Shown one piece after another: positions 29,311 to 41,670 of a DNA stretch of 64,000 nucleotides. The position numbers and the translations under genes were made by a program. This DNA comes from Lingula anatina (taxonomy: Eukaryota > Animalia > Brachiopoda), in contig CM120643.1 of assembly GCA_051362555.1 (NCBI GenBank), forward strand, positions 3,224,001 to 3,288,000, written 5' to 3'. Numbering within the stretch: position 1 is the stretch's first letter; each line of letters begins with the position of its first letter. Below the pieces are notes generated by a model. The model worked only from the letters and a program-made list of their open reading frames with translations. It did no database searches and was not told the origin of the DNA.

Positions 29311-29470
29311 ATCTCAGCGTGTTACGTTCATAAAAGATCAAACCGGTCATAAAAATACAGAGTATAAAGGGTTGCAAAATCAATCCATATCTGGGGTAAT
29401 TGGACCATTGTTTCTTCTTGAGGTAGCAGAAAACATACAGTTTGGATCCTCTTGTTTCTGCAACGAAATG

Positions 29471-29720
29471 CATGGCAACGGATCTGAGGTTTAAAAACTA
29501 CAGAATGGAAAGCTTTTCGCAAATATATAAGCAATTAGAATTTTCATGGCTTTCTTAAACAACAAAACTGAACATTTTGTTAAAAATAAAACATACAAAT
29601 TTTATAAAAATGTGAAAGTGTTTATTTTATTTCGTCTCACCAGGGGCGCTGCAGTCGGTTTCTTTTGTTTACAATAGCGCAAAGCATTGTGGGATACCGT
29701 AACTCGCGATTCCTAGTGAC
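29471..29720 (+). promoter_or_regulatory. Candidate promoter of the orphan gene, with RFX-like, forkhead and ZNF143/Staf motifs
   Basis: CATGGCAAC 29471, TGTTTAC 29666, GCATTGTGGGA 29684, GATTCCTAGTGAC 29708; first-exon donor aag|gtaggc at 29781. Confidence 0.45.
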
Positions 29721-30280
29721 GCTAGTGTTGAGACTTGCATCTACATTCAAGTTGATTATTTGCCGATATCATTGCTAAAGGTAGGCGTTATTAAAACATA
29801 TTCATATTTTTCAAGTACAGTTTCTTCTCTGTACGAAAGATTGAGGCTTAAAAGTACTGAAAAATCATGGAAAATTGTTTAATCGTAGGCAGTCGAAAAC
29901 TTCCGTTGTCATGCAGCTGTGTCAATGTGTGATTTTTTCTTTCTTTTTCTTCTCGCAAATTTACCGGATTTAAACTAAGTAATGATCATTTCTATCTTAC
30001 TCAAAGCAGTACAAATGTAATATTAACCAATTATTGTAACGCTAAAACGGAACGAATTGCCCGTGCAGCGTGAAAAGTAGCCGATTTCGGTTCGAAGACG
30101 AGCGTTTTTGGACCTAAGTATACATCATGAATTATTGAGAACGTTGAGCCAAACTGTATGAAAATGTAAAGATTTAATGGTATTATACGATGTATTCTAA
30201 GGCGACTGTTAGAAAACATATTATGTGGTAATTAAAACACTTGGCTGTTTCTTCACACAGATTCTTGTAAGAAGGCAACA

Positions 30281-30848
30281 ATGCCCGAGTCAGGCAGAGA
30301 TCGAGACCGTCGCCATAGGCGACATGCGTCCAAAAAGGACGACATTTGGACTTTGTAAGTTGACAATAGTGACATTTTAAACTAATGATTCACAACTTTG
30401 TTATTGGTGAAGAGATATGAAATTCTGTTGTCAATTTCATACGTAAGGTACCTGAACTATCAAGTGTTTACGTATACATATGTTGCATTGCTTATTTATC
30501 GTGTCATCATCATGTCTTTGAGTCTTGGGGAATTGATTGATGTTTTTCTTACTTTTTGCCTTGATTCCTGGTAGGCTTCCTTACATTGTACCAGAAGAGC
30601 ACATCTCCTTCATTGCTGACATGAAGAAAGAGTTTGACAACTGTGTGAAAAAAGGTAAAAGAAAGAAAAGTATAATAAAAAAAATGACACACACAAAAAC
30701 AATGTTCACCAAATCCACATCTTTTTTATTTCTCAGTACATGTAGTTCTCTACATTACTTTGCTAAGTCTATTTGCAATCCTGCTAACTTGCTTTTGCTT
30801 TTGTTTCCCCCTTCCCACTATTCTTTAATCTTGTGTTGCTCTTTTTAC

Positions 30849-30880
<32 letters not shown>

Positions 30881-33421
30881 TATTTACTTATTTGTTTACT
30901 TATTTATTCAGCCTTTCTGTTTATCACTTTCTGTTCCTTCTGTTACTTTCTCACCAAAACAGACCAAACTGTGTCAAGCATTAAGCTGCCAGAGATAGCA
31001 AAATTCCCTCAGCTTACAGGAAAACCAGCAGCTAATAACACTGCTTCATACACCAAAACTCCTTTTCCTGTAAGTGGATTAACTGGGAATATTCTTTAAA
31101 ATACCATTACTGTTGATTTATTTAAATATTTAAATATTTTAATGCAATAATAACTTTAATTCAGTAAAAATAATAGAAAAAAGGATAGCAAATTACTGAA
31201 ATTCAGTAAAAATAGTAAGAAAATGTATGCTATTTAAAGAGAGTTAATGATGATGTGATGCTGACTTAATTAGTCATTATTAATATAAGCATGTTGTTCA
31301 TACACCAAAACTCCTTTTCCTGTGAGTGGATCCATGGGGAATATTCTTTATAGTAGTATTATTGTTGATTTATTTAAATATTTAAAATACAATAACAACT
31401 TCTATTTAGTAAAAGTAATAGGAACGTGTGTCATTTAAAGAGAATGTATGATAAGGTACTGCTTAGGTGATATATTTTTAAATAATTTTAATTAAAATTT
31501 TATAATTTATATATGCATATTGTTCGTGTATACAGGATCCCCATGGACCTGAAGTGAAATGGAGAGGTGGTCATCAAAACGCCACAGTGACCTATCAGAA
31601 GGGAACTGCTGCTGCTGAGGTCATTCACCTCAAATCAAGGATTCCAGGACAAAGTATGTGGAAATATATATATATATATATATATATATACATGTCCACG
31701 ATACTGGTTAACAACAATGGGTCATCATCTCTGAAAGTCTTTCAAAATATTCCTATGCGTTTGATTACAGTGGGGGTGCTTTCATGTTAAAAAGGGTGGA
31801 TTTTTCTTATTATAACAAACAATTTCGTGTTTCCAAACATTGCTGTGTATTTTAAACTTTTTAATCCTTAGCCGAAAATGACACTTAAACAGCGCTTAAA
31901 CACACCCTGAGTTTGAGGAAACACTTTCATTTTTATTCTTCTCATCCAGGTAACCCCTTGAACAAAGCTGGTTTCACCCCAGTTAATGCGCCTGCTGGAA
32001 CCACCTATATGGTAAGAATTTCCCCATCAAACCACATGGGATGTTTCATTTGTTGATTTAACTTATCCTTTTTAGACTGTGTAATTTGTTTAATGTATAT
32101 GCAAGGTTGGTAATCTAATGCGACCATTCATTTCAATGAAAAAAAATCTAGGAATTTGTAATAGTTTTCAATTGTATTTTCTTCTTACAATAAAACAAAA
32201 TAAAAGAATATTAGAACAAAAATACATAATAGAAGAATAAAAACTAAAATTTTAACAATGAGAAATCCCCTCTTTCCTCAGGGCCTGCACCTGCCACACC
32301 CCCCTGCAGGTAGACCACCACATGGTCAGAGACACACTCCACTGAGAAGAGCCAGTATGCCTCAACCAAGGCTTCCTGAACCAGCACCAATTACCTTGAG
32401 AGGTCATGGCTATGTGGCAGCATCACTGACTCAGATCGGGTAATTGCTTGCATATATTATTATTAAAGTTGTAAATAATGATAATAATAATGATAATAAT
32501 AATACTTCAAGCATGAGAAAATAGTTTCATTGGATCTTAGTTTTGATAGTCAGAAAGGTTTCATTTATGCTAGATCCTGAAATTTGATTTACCTGTTGAC
32601 TGTTTCGTCTGTTCACTCGTAATTCAGTTGTGACCAAGTCTGTCAGAGTGAACAGACGAAACAGTCAACAGGTAAATCAAATTTCAGGATCTAGCATAAA
32701 TGAAACCTTTCTCACTATCAATACTTTAAGCACTTTGCATTTCACACTTTAAGCATTCTGTCATTAATGGCTGATTTCATCACAAACGTTTTTGTTTTTA
32801 TAAATCTATTATTATTGATTCTTATTAGCCTAAGCATATCATCATTATGGTTATTATCAAAGTTAGATGGGATACTTGCGTACAACCCATATTTTCTGAG
32901 TTTGTCATTAAGGTGTGGGCTTTAGACACAAGTTCTGTTTCCTCTGATTATCTTTCATCATATCGTCATCATATTTTTTTACTTTCCTTAACATTGCTGT
33001 CTTGTCCCAAAATTCCTCAGGTCATACCCTTTCAGGGAAGCTTGATTTCTTTCCAAGTTCCCAAAATGCCCTTGGCTAAGTGAAATATGAAAATATTTCT
33101 AAAAAAAGTTTCTTATATGTACCCTTATTCAATTTTAGAAACTTTATCCCCGCTCCTCCTCCTACTGCCAAACTGCCCAGCTTGGTCCCCCAGAGCCAGA
33201 GTCCACTACTAGCCATGGTCAAGGACAAGGCTGAGGATCTCAAACTTCCAGCCATAGATATACACGGCCAGGGCCTAACAGCTAAACCTCGTGCCAGCAA
33301 GAGGAATGGAGGTGTTGAGCATTTGGCCTCAACTGTTAAGAGCCATCCTCCCAGACAGATCAGGCGCCAAGTCAAAAGCAGATGCCAGGTCAAAGACAAT
33401 GCTCACAACAACAACAACTAA
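30281..33421 (+). CDS. Uncharacterised Pro-rich, low-complexity protein, ~293 aa, 7 coding exons
   Basis: Exons 30281-30354, 30575-30654, 30963-31069, 31536-31653, 31950-32011, 32282-32439, 33139-33421. All introns are GT-AG with compatible phases; 882 nt open from MPESGRDRDRRH to HNNNN-TAA. Confidence 0.85.
32543..32721. repeat. Near-perfect fold-back inverted repeat (76-bp arms, 27-nt loop), probable MITE
   Basis: 32543-32618 is the reverse complement of 32646-32721 with one mismatch. Confidence 0.9.
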
Positions 33422-33924
33422 GAGACACGTGTAGTGTGTTTGCTTTTCTGCAAATATCACCTAGCGGAGAAGCAGCGTATATAGTTGTATATAGTTTTCT
33501 TTTTTTCGTCTTCAAGTATATCATTCCATTTACTTCTATATAACCAAAATTCAGAAATTCAAAAACCTTTAGGCAATTAATATTCGCTCATGCAGTTGTG
33601 ACCTTTTAATTCACCGCTTATTTATCTCGTACTCAGTTGTGTTATAACATTCAGTCAGTTGTTCCAGCTATTATACTCTGTGATGTCACATCAGTAAATC
33701 AGCAAAATTTATGTTATTTATATTCTGTGTAAGACAAGCAGCTCTAACATTATATTCTACACTCACGTGCTACAGAATTCCACAGTGATTTGTTTCACTG
33801 GTTATACTTAGTCTAGATCTGTTAAGTTTTAGAGTTTTAGAGCAACAGAATTTCAATCAAATTACTGTTTATTATGTCAAAAAGATCAATTAATACTACG
33901 CACCATTTTCTGTGATGAAAAAGA

Positions 33925-34275
33925 GATGCTTTTTCTGGCATCTAAGATATTTTTATTTAAAAACTTTCAAATTATTCATGTGACCTTTCTCGGCAAAATA
34001 CTGTTATTTAGTTTTGCTAAATTGCGTAAGTGTTACGAAGGAACAAGGTGCTTTTTCTATTATCTTAGATATTTTTGTTTAAAATCTTTCAAGTTGTTCA
34101 TGTCATCTTTCTCGGAAAGTACTGTTATTTAGTTTTGCTAAATTATGTAAGTGTTAGAAACGAGTTGCCTTTTCTGATACCTAAGATATCTTTGTTTAAA
34201 ATCTTTCAAATCGTTAATGCCACTTATTCTCGGCAAGGCACTGTTATTTTATTTCCTAAATTACATAAATGTTAG
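33925..34275. repeat. Three diverged ~120-bp tandem repeats
   Basis: Recurring tctaagatat.tt.tttaaaa.ctttcaa..ttctcggcaa..tactgttatttagttttgctaaatt. Confidence 0.85.
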
Positions 34276-35211
34276 TTAATTTGATGATTTTCCGAACCAT
34301 TGAAAATAACTGAACTAGTACATGTATGACCTAGAATATCTTGTAACCACTTAGTTCTGCATGTTAGAGCACTGAAAACATCTAAAACACATTTTATTAT
34401 CTGTTTATATTGTATGTCAACCGGGTATGTAACCAAAATTCTGTCACTGTATTCACTTAAGTTAATCCATAAGTTGTACAAATTCGGCGAATCATTTATG
34501 GCATTTCAAGACGTAAAGTTCGACTTTACTTCGTTAAGCAATTTGCCATTCCAAGCGCAGGGGCACCATTGAGAATAATGGTCTCTTCTAAATGTCAAAA
34601 CGGGGTGGAGGCAATCTTTGTAGTGTCTGTTGTCGACTACCAGGTCGCTGTAAGTGGAGGTGTGAAGGGTCAAGGTTTGATCACGGCGTCGTGGCTCGCG
34701 CTCGGCGACCTCTTCAAGCGACCCAGGCGCTGTTCCGGTCGAGGACTGTCCTGTATGCCGGACCATGGAAGTCTTATACAGGCTGTCCTCGTAGTGTGAC
34801 GGCACTGGGTTGTTCAGCTCTGCTGACACTGGGGTGTCCTTAATTGTGGACACTTTGTTGTTGAGGTCAAAGGGTAACAGCTGTGGTAATGTGTGAGAAT
34901 TTTGGCCCGAATCGTCGAGATTTGCACGTGGCTTGGGAAAGGCGGCAGCGCTGCCGGGAGAACCGAGATTCTGTGGCGATGTTTTTTAGAGAACGTTTGC
35001 ATCTTTGGTGCCGCTGCTGTTTGTAGTGACATTTGGCTTGGCGGGGGAAAGTTTGCTTTTCCGTTTTGAGATGTCATTTAATTTTATGAATTTTACATTT
35101 CTACATTTTTGGTATTGTATTTCAATAAAATCACTGATCGTATTTATTTGACATTTGTGTTCAGATTTATGATTTGAAGCGCCACTTTTTTCTTTTTTTT
35201 TTTATGGTCAT
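34272..35211 (-). pseudogene. Decayed intronless orphan ORF (~310 codons)
   Basis: One reading frame from 35201 to 34275, broken only by TAA 34986-34988 and TGA 34506-34508. ATG at 35211 is one base out of frame across an A11 run. TATA-like motif at ~35345; AATAAA at 34248-34253. Confidence 0.55.
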
Positions 35212-37070
35212 AAAAGTTGTCTATCTACTCGTATTTAACCCGTTTTAATGGTCTTAGAGTTTACCCATTCACAAAACTAAAGTATTTTTCGCTGGATATG
35301 TAGGTTTTTACACCTATGTACATGTTCACTTTTCTTTTGGCTTATATATACGCCTCTATTATGCGTTGTGAATTTTTTAATGGTAACGCGTGTGACGTTT
35401 TAAGAAATTCATCAATGACTGAATGATTGAACTCCACAAATACTTCACTTGAAAGCTTTTGTTTTATGAAATCGGACTTCAGAAATTGACAAAATGATTG
35501 TAATCATTGTAATTTGTAGATTGACATCAAGTTGCAAAAAAAAAAAAAAAATCCGATTTAGAATACCCCAGGGATTCTCGACGGCAACAAACAAAATTGC
35601 TCGGACAAGGAATGGACATTGATATGCCCAGTGCCCAATGTTAACTTCTACAGAATGATAGGGTGTGCCTTCATCTAAGGCGTTTTATTTTCAAATTGGG
35701 GAATTACAAGAAATTGTGCTACTTACTAGTCCTATAAGTCTACCTGTGGACATTTAAAAAGTGATAAAGATGGACATTTATAGTTATTTGACGAAAGTAA
35801 ATAATATTGAAAAAAGAAAATTCAAAATGCATTTAAATTAAACTATTTTGTCAGTCGACAATGTAGGTAAATGATCAAACTTTTAAGGCGAAACTGAAAA
35901 ATTACATCTTTGTGGATCCACAATATATCGTAACTTAATATCACAAGTGAATCAAATTTGGTTTCTATTTGATCTCTAGATTCATTACGTACTTCGTTAT
36001 TCAAAGTTACAGTATACATGATAAAATTATAAGCGATATTGATCAAATTATTTACAGGTGTCTCGCACACATTGCTTTAATAAGCAAACCCCTTTTCGTT
36101 GGTTCTCGATATTCATTACTTTATGTTGACTTTTCCAAGTTATCGAGCTTTAAAAAAGAGCTAAATAAGAAATCCATGTTTATGGCAAAATGTTTATTCG
36201 TATGCAATAAATATATCCCGCATACTGACAATACAGACCAAATACTGGTCCTTATTCCACTTATTGTATGACGTCATACAAATAAATGAATATTCAAATA
36301 CATACAGTGTATGTATAGAAATAGAATGTACACAAATGGTTCAATATGATACAGTGCATACACTGTAAAATCCAGTTAAGCATGTGTGAGCAATCCTTTA
36401 TATGAAAATATATGAGTCATTTAAAAATACTTTGACGTGGAGATAGGTATCTCTAAACAGACTGTTCATTGATCCTAAAAAATTTTAAAATATTTAGATT
36501 AGTACAGTTGACTCACATTTTCTACAAATCGACCTTTTTTTTTTTTTATTTGACTGTCTAGTGCAATTTTGGCGGTGTATACTGCTGATTTTACTGTTTA
36601 AGTTATCATTTTTTTTTTAAGTCATTATCTACATATAATAAATGAATTGATTTAATAACAAATATATATTTATATGTATTGCACCGTCCATCAGTGTGTA
36701 AAATCCACCATTTCTTATGCGTAAACTTTCTAACACAAAATCAAAGTAGTGCATGATCCTAATACGCATTTTACAGTACAATTTCGCCTAAAACCATTAA
36801 TATAATATGTGAATCATCACTATGATCTTTTATACTGCCAGCATTGTATACTCAACACTTAACATGTAACTGTTAATAATTAAATGATCTTTTACACGGC
36901 GAGCGCCAAGAAAATCCATACTTTCAGAGTTCTTAAGTCGAAGAACCCAAGAAGATGATCAATGATCATGAGGGTTCTTTAAAAAATTGAAAAAAAAAAT
37001 TAAATTAAATTAAAATATACAAATTACAAGTCGGCAAACTCTCGGTGGTAGACGCAATGTATACTCCAAT

Positions 37071-40000
37071 TCATGAACTACGAGAGGTGTGAAATTCAAC
37101 GGCAAAACCATCATCAAAACCCTGCATAGTATTCCTGCCAACGCATTCAAGTCCAACAAAGTCTCTAGCGACAGATGCGCTGCTGTTTCCGCTTGTAGTA
37201 CACGCAGTCGTTTGGGAGTGGCCCTCTGTTACAAAGCCGCCCGCACACCGAGATTCCCTCACGGCAACATTCCTCCTACTCCTACATCTACGTCCGCGCG
37301 GCCGGCTGTGACTAGGGACTCGCAGATGTTCCTCCTCTATGAAGAAACTTCTCAATTTGAACATGACGAAGTCCCTAATTTCTCCCAATGTTTCCTCTTT
37401 TCCTGTGTCGATGTAGATATTCACAAGTTTGTGCAGTCTGCGATACTGCAGGGCTCGGGTACAAGATCCGTACGGAATAGGTCCGTCTGAAATTTGAATG
37501 ATATTGCATTGTCAATATTGAAAAATGCAGCGAAATAAATATATTTAAAAAAGGATTCCAGAAAAAATCTAAAATGTAAACGAAAATTGATTTTTTTTTT
37601 TTTTAATTTTAAAATGTCGATAAAAAGAATACACAGACACAGACCATTCATTACATTTATCATCTGTCAATCCTTGAGAAATATATGAATTAGTAAATGA
37701 AATAAAAGAATCGAGCTCGACATGCAGATAACTGACCATAATAGTATGAAACATCCCTGTAGCATGATTGGGGCACCAGTAGTTTTACCAGGCGTGTCTG
37801 ATTCCGGTGCACTCTCTGATCAACATTCATCTCTTTGAAGGCGCAGAAGATTTGTTCTCTGCGGGATATCTCTTCCTGTAGCTTGGACAGAGCGATCGGA
37901 CTTGTGTCGCCTTCCTCCAAGTATTGGCTGAAACAGACAAGCACCTGGAATAAACGCTGTGTTGGTTCCCTGAGACTGAAAATATACTGGTGAACGCGTC
38001 TACTGTCTAGAAGTATTCAGTAAATAAATTTCTTTTGCCTTTGGATGAAATAGCCAGACCCTCAGCCAAAACCCTCCCTATAGCACTGCAGTACAGACTG
38101 ATAACATATTCCCCAAATTTCTGACAGTATTACCCGAAGTGACTTTATATTAGCCTCGAGAAAATTTGAAAAAAAAATTGCATTTTGTGTATCACAATCT
38201 CAAAGGGAAAAAAACCTCACCTGTACCAATGCGACCCCTCAATCTCGGGCATCAAATGAAACCAAGCATTTCTCTGAACCATCCTCTTGACTGCCATCTG
38301 GCGGATCAAAATGTCCGCGCCGTACGTCCACAACTGATTCATCCAACACACCACTTCCTCCTTGGCTGTCCTGGGGTCCCACAGAGCACCGTAAGGACTC
38401 TGGCGATAATGCAAGTCCCAGAGAAAAGAGGTGTACAGGGTCTGTACTTCATAATACCGCTGTCCAAGTGACTCGTAATGCTCAAGTGAGTCCAAGTCGT
38501 ACTCGTTGAACAAGCACCATGATTTGTACTGTTGGTCCACAACGCTGTATAAGTCGGCGCAGTTGTTCATGTACCTCAATACGAGGTCGAGGTCTGAAAA
38601 ATACGTATCAAGTAATATGTCTTGTTCAATAGCAGTGACTTTTGACAAACTTCACCAAATACATTATCAATTCAATTCAATTCAATATATTACTCATACT
38701 TGAAGTTTTGTCGTATCAGCATTTAATTTACGAAGGTATTTTTGAAAATAACATAATGACAAAAATACAATAAATAAATAAATAAATGGCAACTATTTCT
38801 ATTTTTACCGAATTTTCCACTTCGAATCTTGGCCTTGTTTGTCATCAAGAATGGGTGGGTTTTGAATAAGTGGTCCATTAGCATATCCACAATGGGCCCA
38901 TGTCCCAGGTTCAATTCTTCGGCCATATCATACAATTCGTCGATCTCGTCTCCATCTTAAACAAAACAAAACAAATAAATCAAAATTAAAACAAATAAGA
39001 CACACCTCTGTATGATAGATCTAGCATTTCTGACAATTGAAACAGAAATGTTAAATTGATTTCAGATTCAATCAATCTTTAAAATTACAAAGGAGGAGAT
39101 TTTGTAGCTACCTAATATTTGAACGTCACGTATGGCCTTAAATATGGGTGTGTCAGCCGACCTGTGACCCTCTAACAGTCGAGCCAGTGTCCTTATTTCT
39201 ACTGTCTGTACGCAAGCATCGTATAGAGCTTCTATTATGATGTAATCTGTAACAGCAAAGGTTTTCTTTTTTAAGATATAATTATACCAAATTCTTTATA
39301 ATACATCGCATTGGTATTTCAGGTACACAGTACAGAATATTCCCCGCGAAAAACAAACACTTGGGGGATTATACTGAGGCCAATGGTGTCTTCCTTTGTG
39401 TCATCAACATTTCTTCTTTTTTATTTACCACGACTTTCAGATACCGACACGATTTTAAACTGTTCAAAATGGTTTCATGGCAGAAAGGTTTGCCTGGTAA
39501 TTTGATTATTCCCTTTGTGACGTTTAATCATGCCACGCCCGTTAAGATATTATCAAAGACGATCACTCGTCCCCAGATACGTTCATTTTTTTTCTTTTTT
39601 TTTTTTTTAATACACTTGAGTTAAAAAGGCCACACCTGAAAATACGCAGACACTGGAAAAAATGTACACATTTCTTCTAAACATTGCATTTACACACCAA
39701 TATTCACGTGTCCTGAAATCACTAGATATATAGCGATAACCTTAAAACGCTTTCTTATTTATGCCCCTATTTCACACAGACCACGAATCCCACGAATCGC
39801 CAGGAATTGACAAATTTCGGGATTCGTGAGAATTCGTGAGATTTACGATTCAGTTATGATACAGGTGCGATAGTGTTACAAATATTCGTGGGATTCGGCT
39901 GTCCAGAAATTCACTACGATTTTTTGGAATCGGGAGTTCGTGGCCAAAATTTTGAACAGCTCAAAATTTTGGCCACGAATTCCTGACTGATCAAGAATTG

Positions 40001-41232
40001 CAAGAACTGCCCACGATTATATACCAATCTGTTAAGAACTTCACGAACTGATTACGATTCAACCACGAATTCTGAAATTTGTCAATTCACGGCCATTCGT
40101 GGGATTCGTGATCTGTGTGAAATAGGGGCATTAGTCAAAATCACATCCCCACAACAGTTTATTTACAAAACGAGTTCGTATTAAGGTAAACTACTCACTA
40201 TCTGCTAGGCATTCCATGTAGTAGTCGTAAAACTTGACATCACAACCGGGACGGTTCATTCGCTGCCGGTGCAGGGCCAGTAGACCACCACAGCTGAGGT
40301 CCATGTCTTCTATCGAAGATTCATCTTGATCTAGAATAAAAAAGATCAAAAAGTTTTGATGATGTGCATTTATACGCTTTTCTTTTTCTTCGTTTTTTTT
40401 CTTTTAATCAAAATAATAGGCCTATAAGTAAAATTCGATTTGTTATAATATCTTAAATCAACATGGATCCGAACGAATGTCTGATTATTTACCTTGGAAA
40501 TAATGCAGCGGAAAGTTGAATAGCTTCATCATTTGGGAGAAAAGGAACTGTTTGCCTCGCTGCCAGTAGGGGTCTTTAGCATCCAGTGCGTACAGACACG
40601 TGATCACTTCTGGATCTCCCGCCATTAACCCTTGGTACTCCTTCTCGTAGATGAGACCTTTGATGTACTCCAGTTTGTACAGCAGGGATGACACCATCTT
40701 GGGAGCTAGTGCAGGGGTTGGGATCTTCATAAGATATTTTCCAAACCCGAAGTCATACACGTTCTGAAAGAGGTAATAAAAGTTTTGACTTACACATCAT
40801 GAAATGCCTCTGGAACTAATTAATTTTTTAAAAAAGCACCGATAATCGAGGAAAACTGAAAGTATCATCAAAAACATGAAACTAATTTTTAAATAACGTT
40901 TGTCTTGTTGAGAAAATAGATGCATTGATGTATTCTAGTTACATGCTAGTTTGTGGTCTTACCGCAACGTGTCGCTTCCAAAAGTATGGATCACAGCACA
41001 ATGCTTGGAATGTCTTACAAGTGCGGGAAAACTGAACAAAACTCTTGGTGTCAAGATGCTGAACAATTTGCTCCATGAGCTCCGGAGGCAGACTTGTAAG
41101 TTGACATTGCAGCTCCTCCTCAGCCTCCAAATATTCAAGACATTTTGTCTTTTTCCAGTGTGGAATAGGATCAGTCGTGTGTCTGATCCTCTTCTTCGCG
41201 TGTCCACTAAACGAATTCTCTCGGGTAGTCAT
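37071..41232 (-). CDS. F-box protein with unrecognised C-terminal region, 8 exons, ~644 aa; possibly a pseudogene
   Basis: F-box LTSLPPELMEQIVQHLDTKSFVQFSRTCKTFQALCCDPYFWK. Phase-compatible GT-AG exons 41232-40963, 40763-40493, 40330-40199, 39246-39112, 38955-38809, 38593-38221, 37927-37737, 37486-37071 (1935 nt). Confidence 0.7.
39762..40130. mobile_element. PIF/Harbinger-type MITE (369 bp) in an F-box gene intron
   Basis: ~57-bp TIR tgcccctatttcacacaga.cacgaatcccacgaat..gaattgacaaatttc, TTA TSD, internal cacgaat subrepeats. Confidence 0.88.
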
Positions 41233-41259
41233 GGCGACTTCACTAATATCAAATAAAAT

Positions 41260-41670
41260 TGCTGAAATTTGCGCGAGAAAAAAATCCTCGTGACCAAGTC
41301 AATATTCTGCTTGGGCGTTTAATTGCGTAGCAACGCTTTCCTTGGCAGCGTTACGTCATAATGCGAGCATGATAAAACCATGGTTGTGACGTTTGCGACG
41401 TCATTTGGTTGTACGACTTCAACTTCTTTGATAATACTGTATACAGTCTGATATATTTTTCAGAAACCGAAGGGAGAAGGGGCAGGACCCCCTGACCCCC
41501 CCCCCCCCCACCCTTCTAAATTTGCCACTGCCAAAGTATCTCATTCATTTTAGTTCGACTTTTAGCTTCTTCTTCTCTCGGTGAAACAAGTCTATTTTTA
41601 GCGTAGCAGAGAATCCCATAGGTCACATGACGGGGGAATTCCCTTCCTGTGCCAGTGCATTGTGGGTACA
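41260..41670. promoter_or_regulatory. Divergent promoter region between the orphan F-box gene and FBXL8
   Basis: CRE-like TTACGTCA/GACGTCA cluster at 41350-41403; GGTCACATGA E-box at 41621; ZNF143-type TGCATTGTGGGTA at 41656; FBXL8 5'UTR donor gag|gtaagc at 41757. Confidence 0.5.

Noticed and set aside
35969-36271. 100-aa + strand ORF in the orphan block
   Set aside because: TTG start, AT-rich, no motif and no splice partners found.
37089-37490. + strand ORF with LRR-like LHSIPANAF
   Set aside because: Single chance motif; it is the antisense shadow of the last F-box exon.
38017-38064. Two in-frame TGA codons read as selenocysteine
   Set aside because: No redox motif context, no SECIS recognised, and a neighbouring frameshift points to decay.
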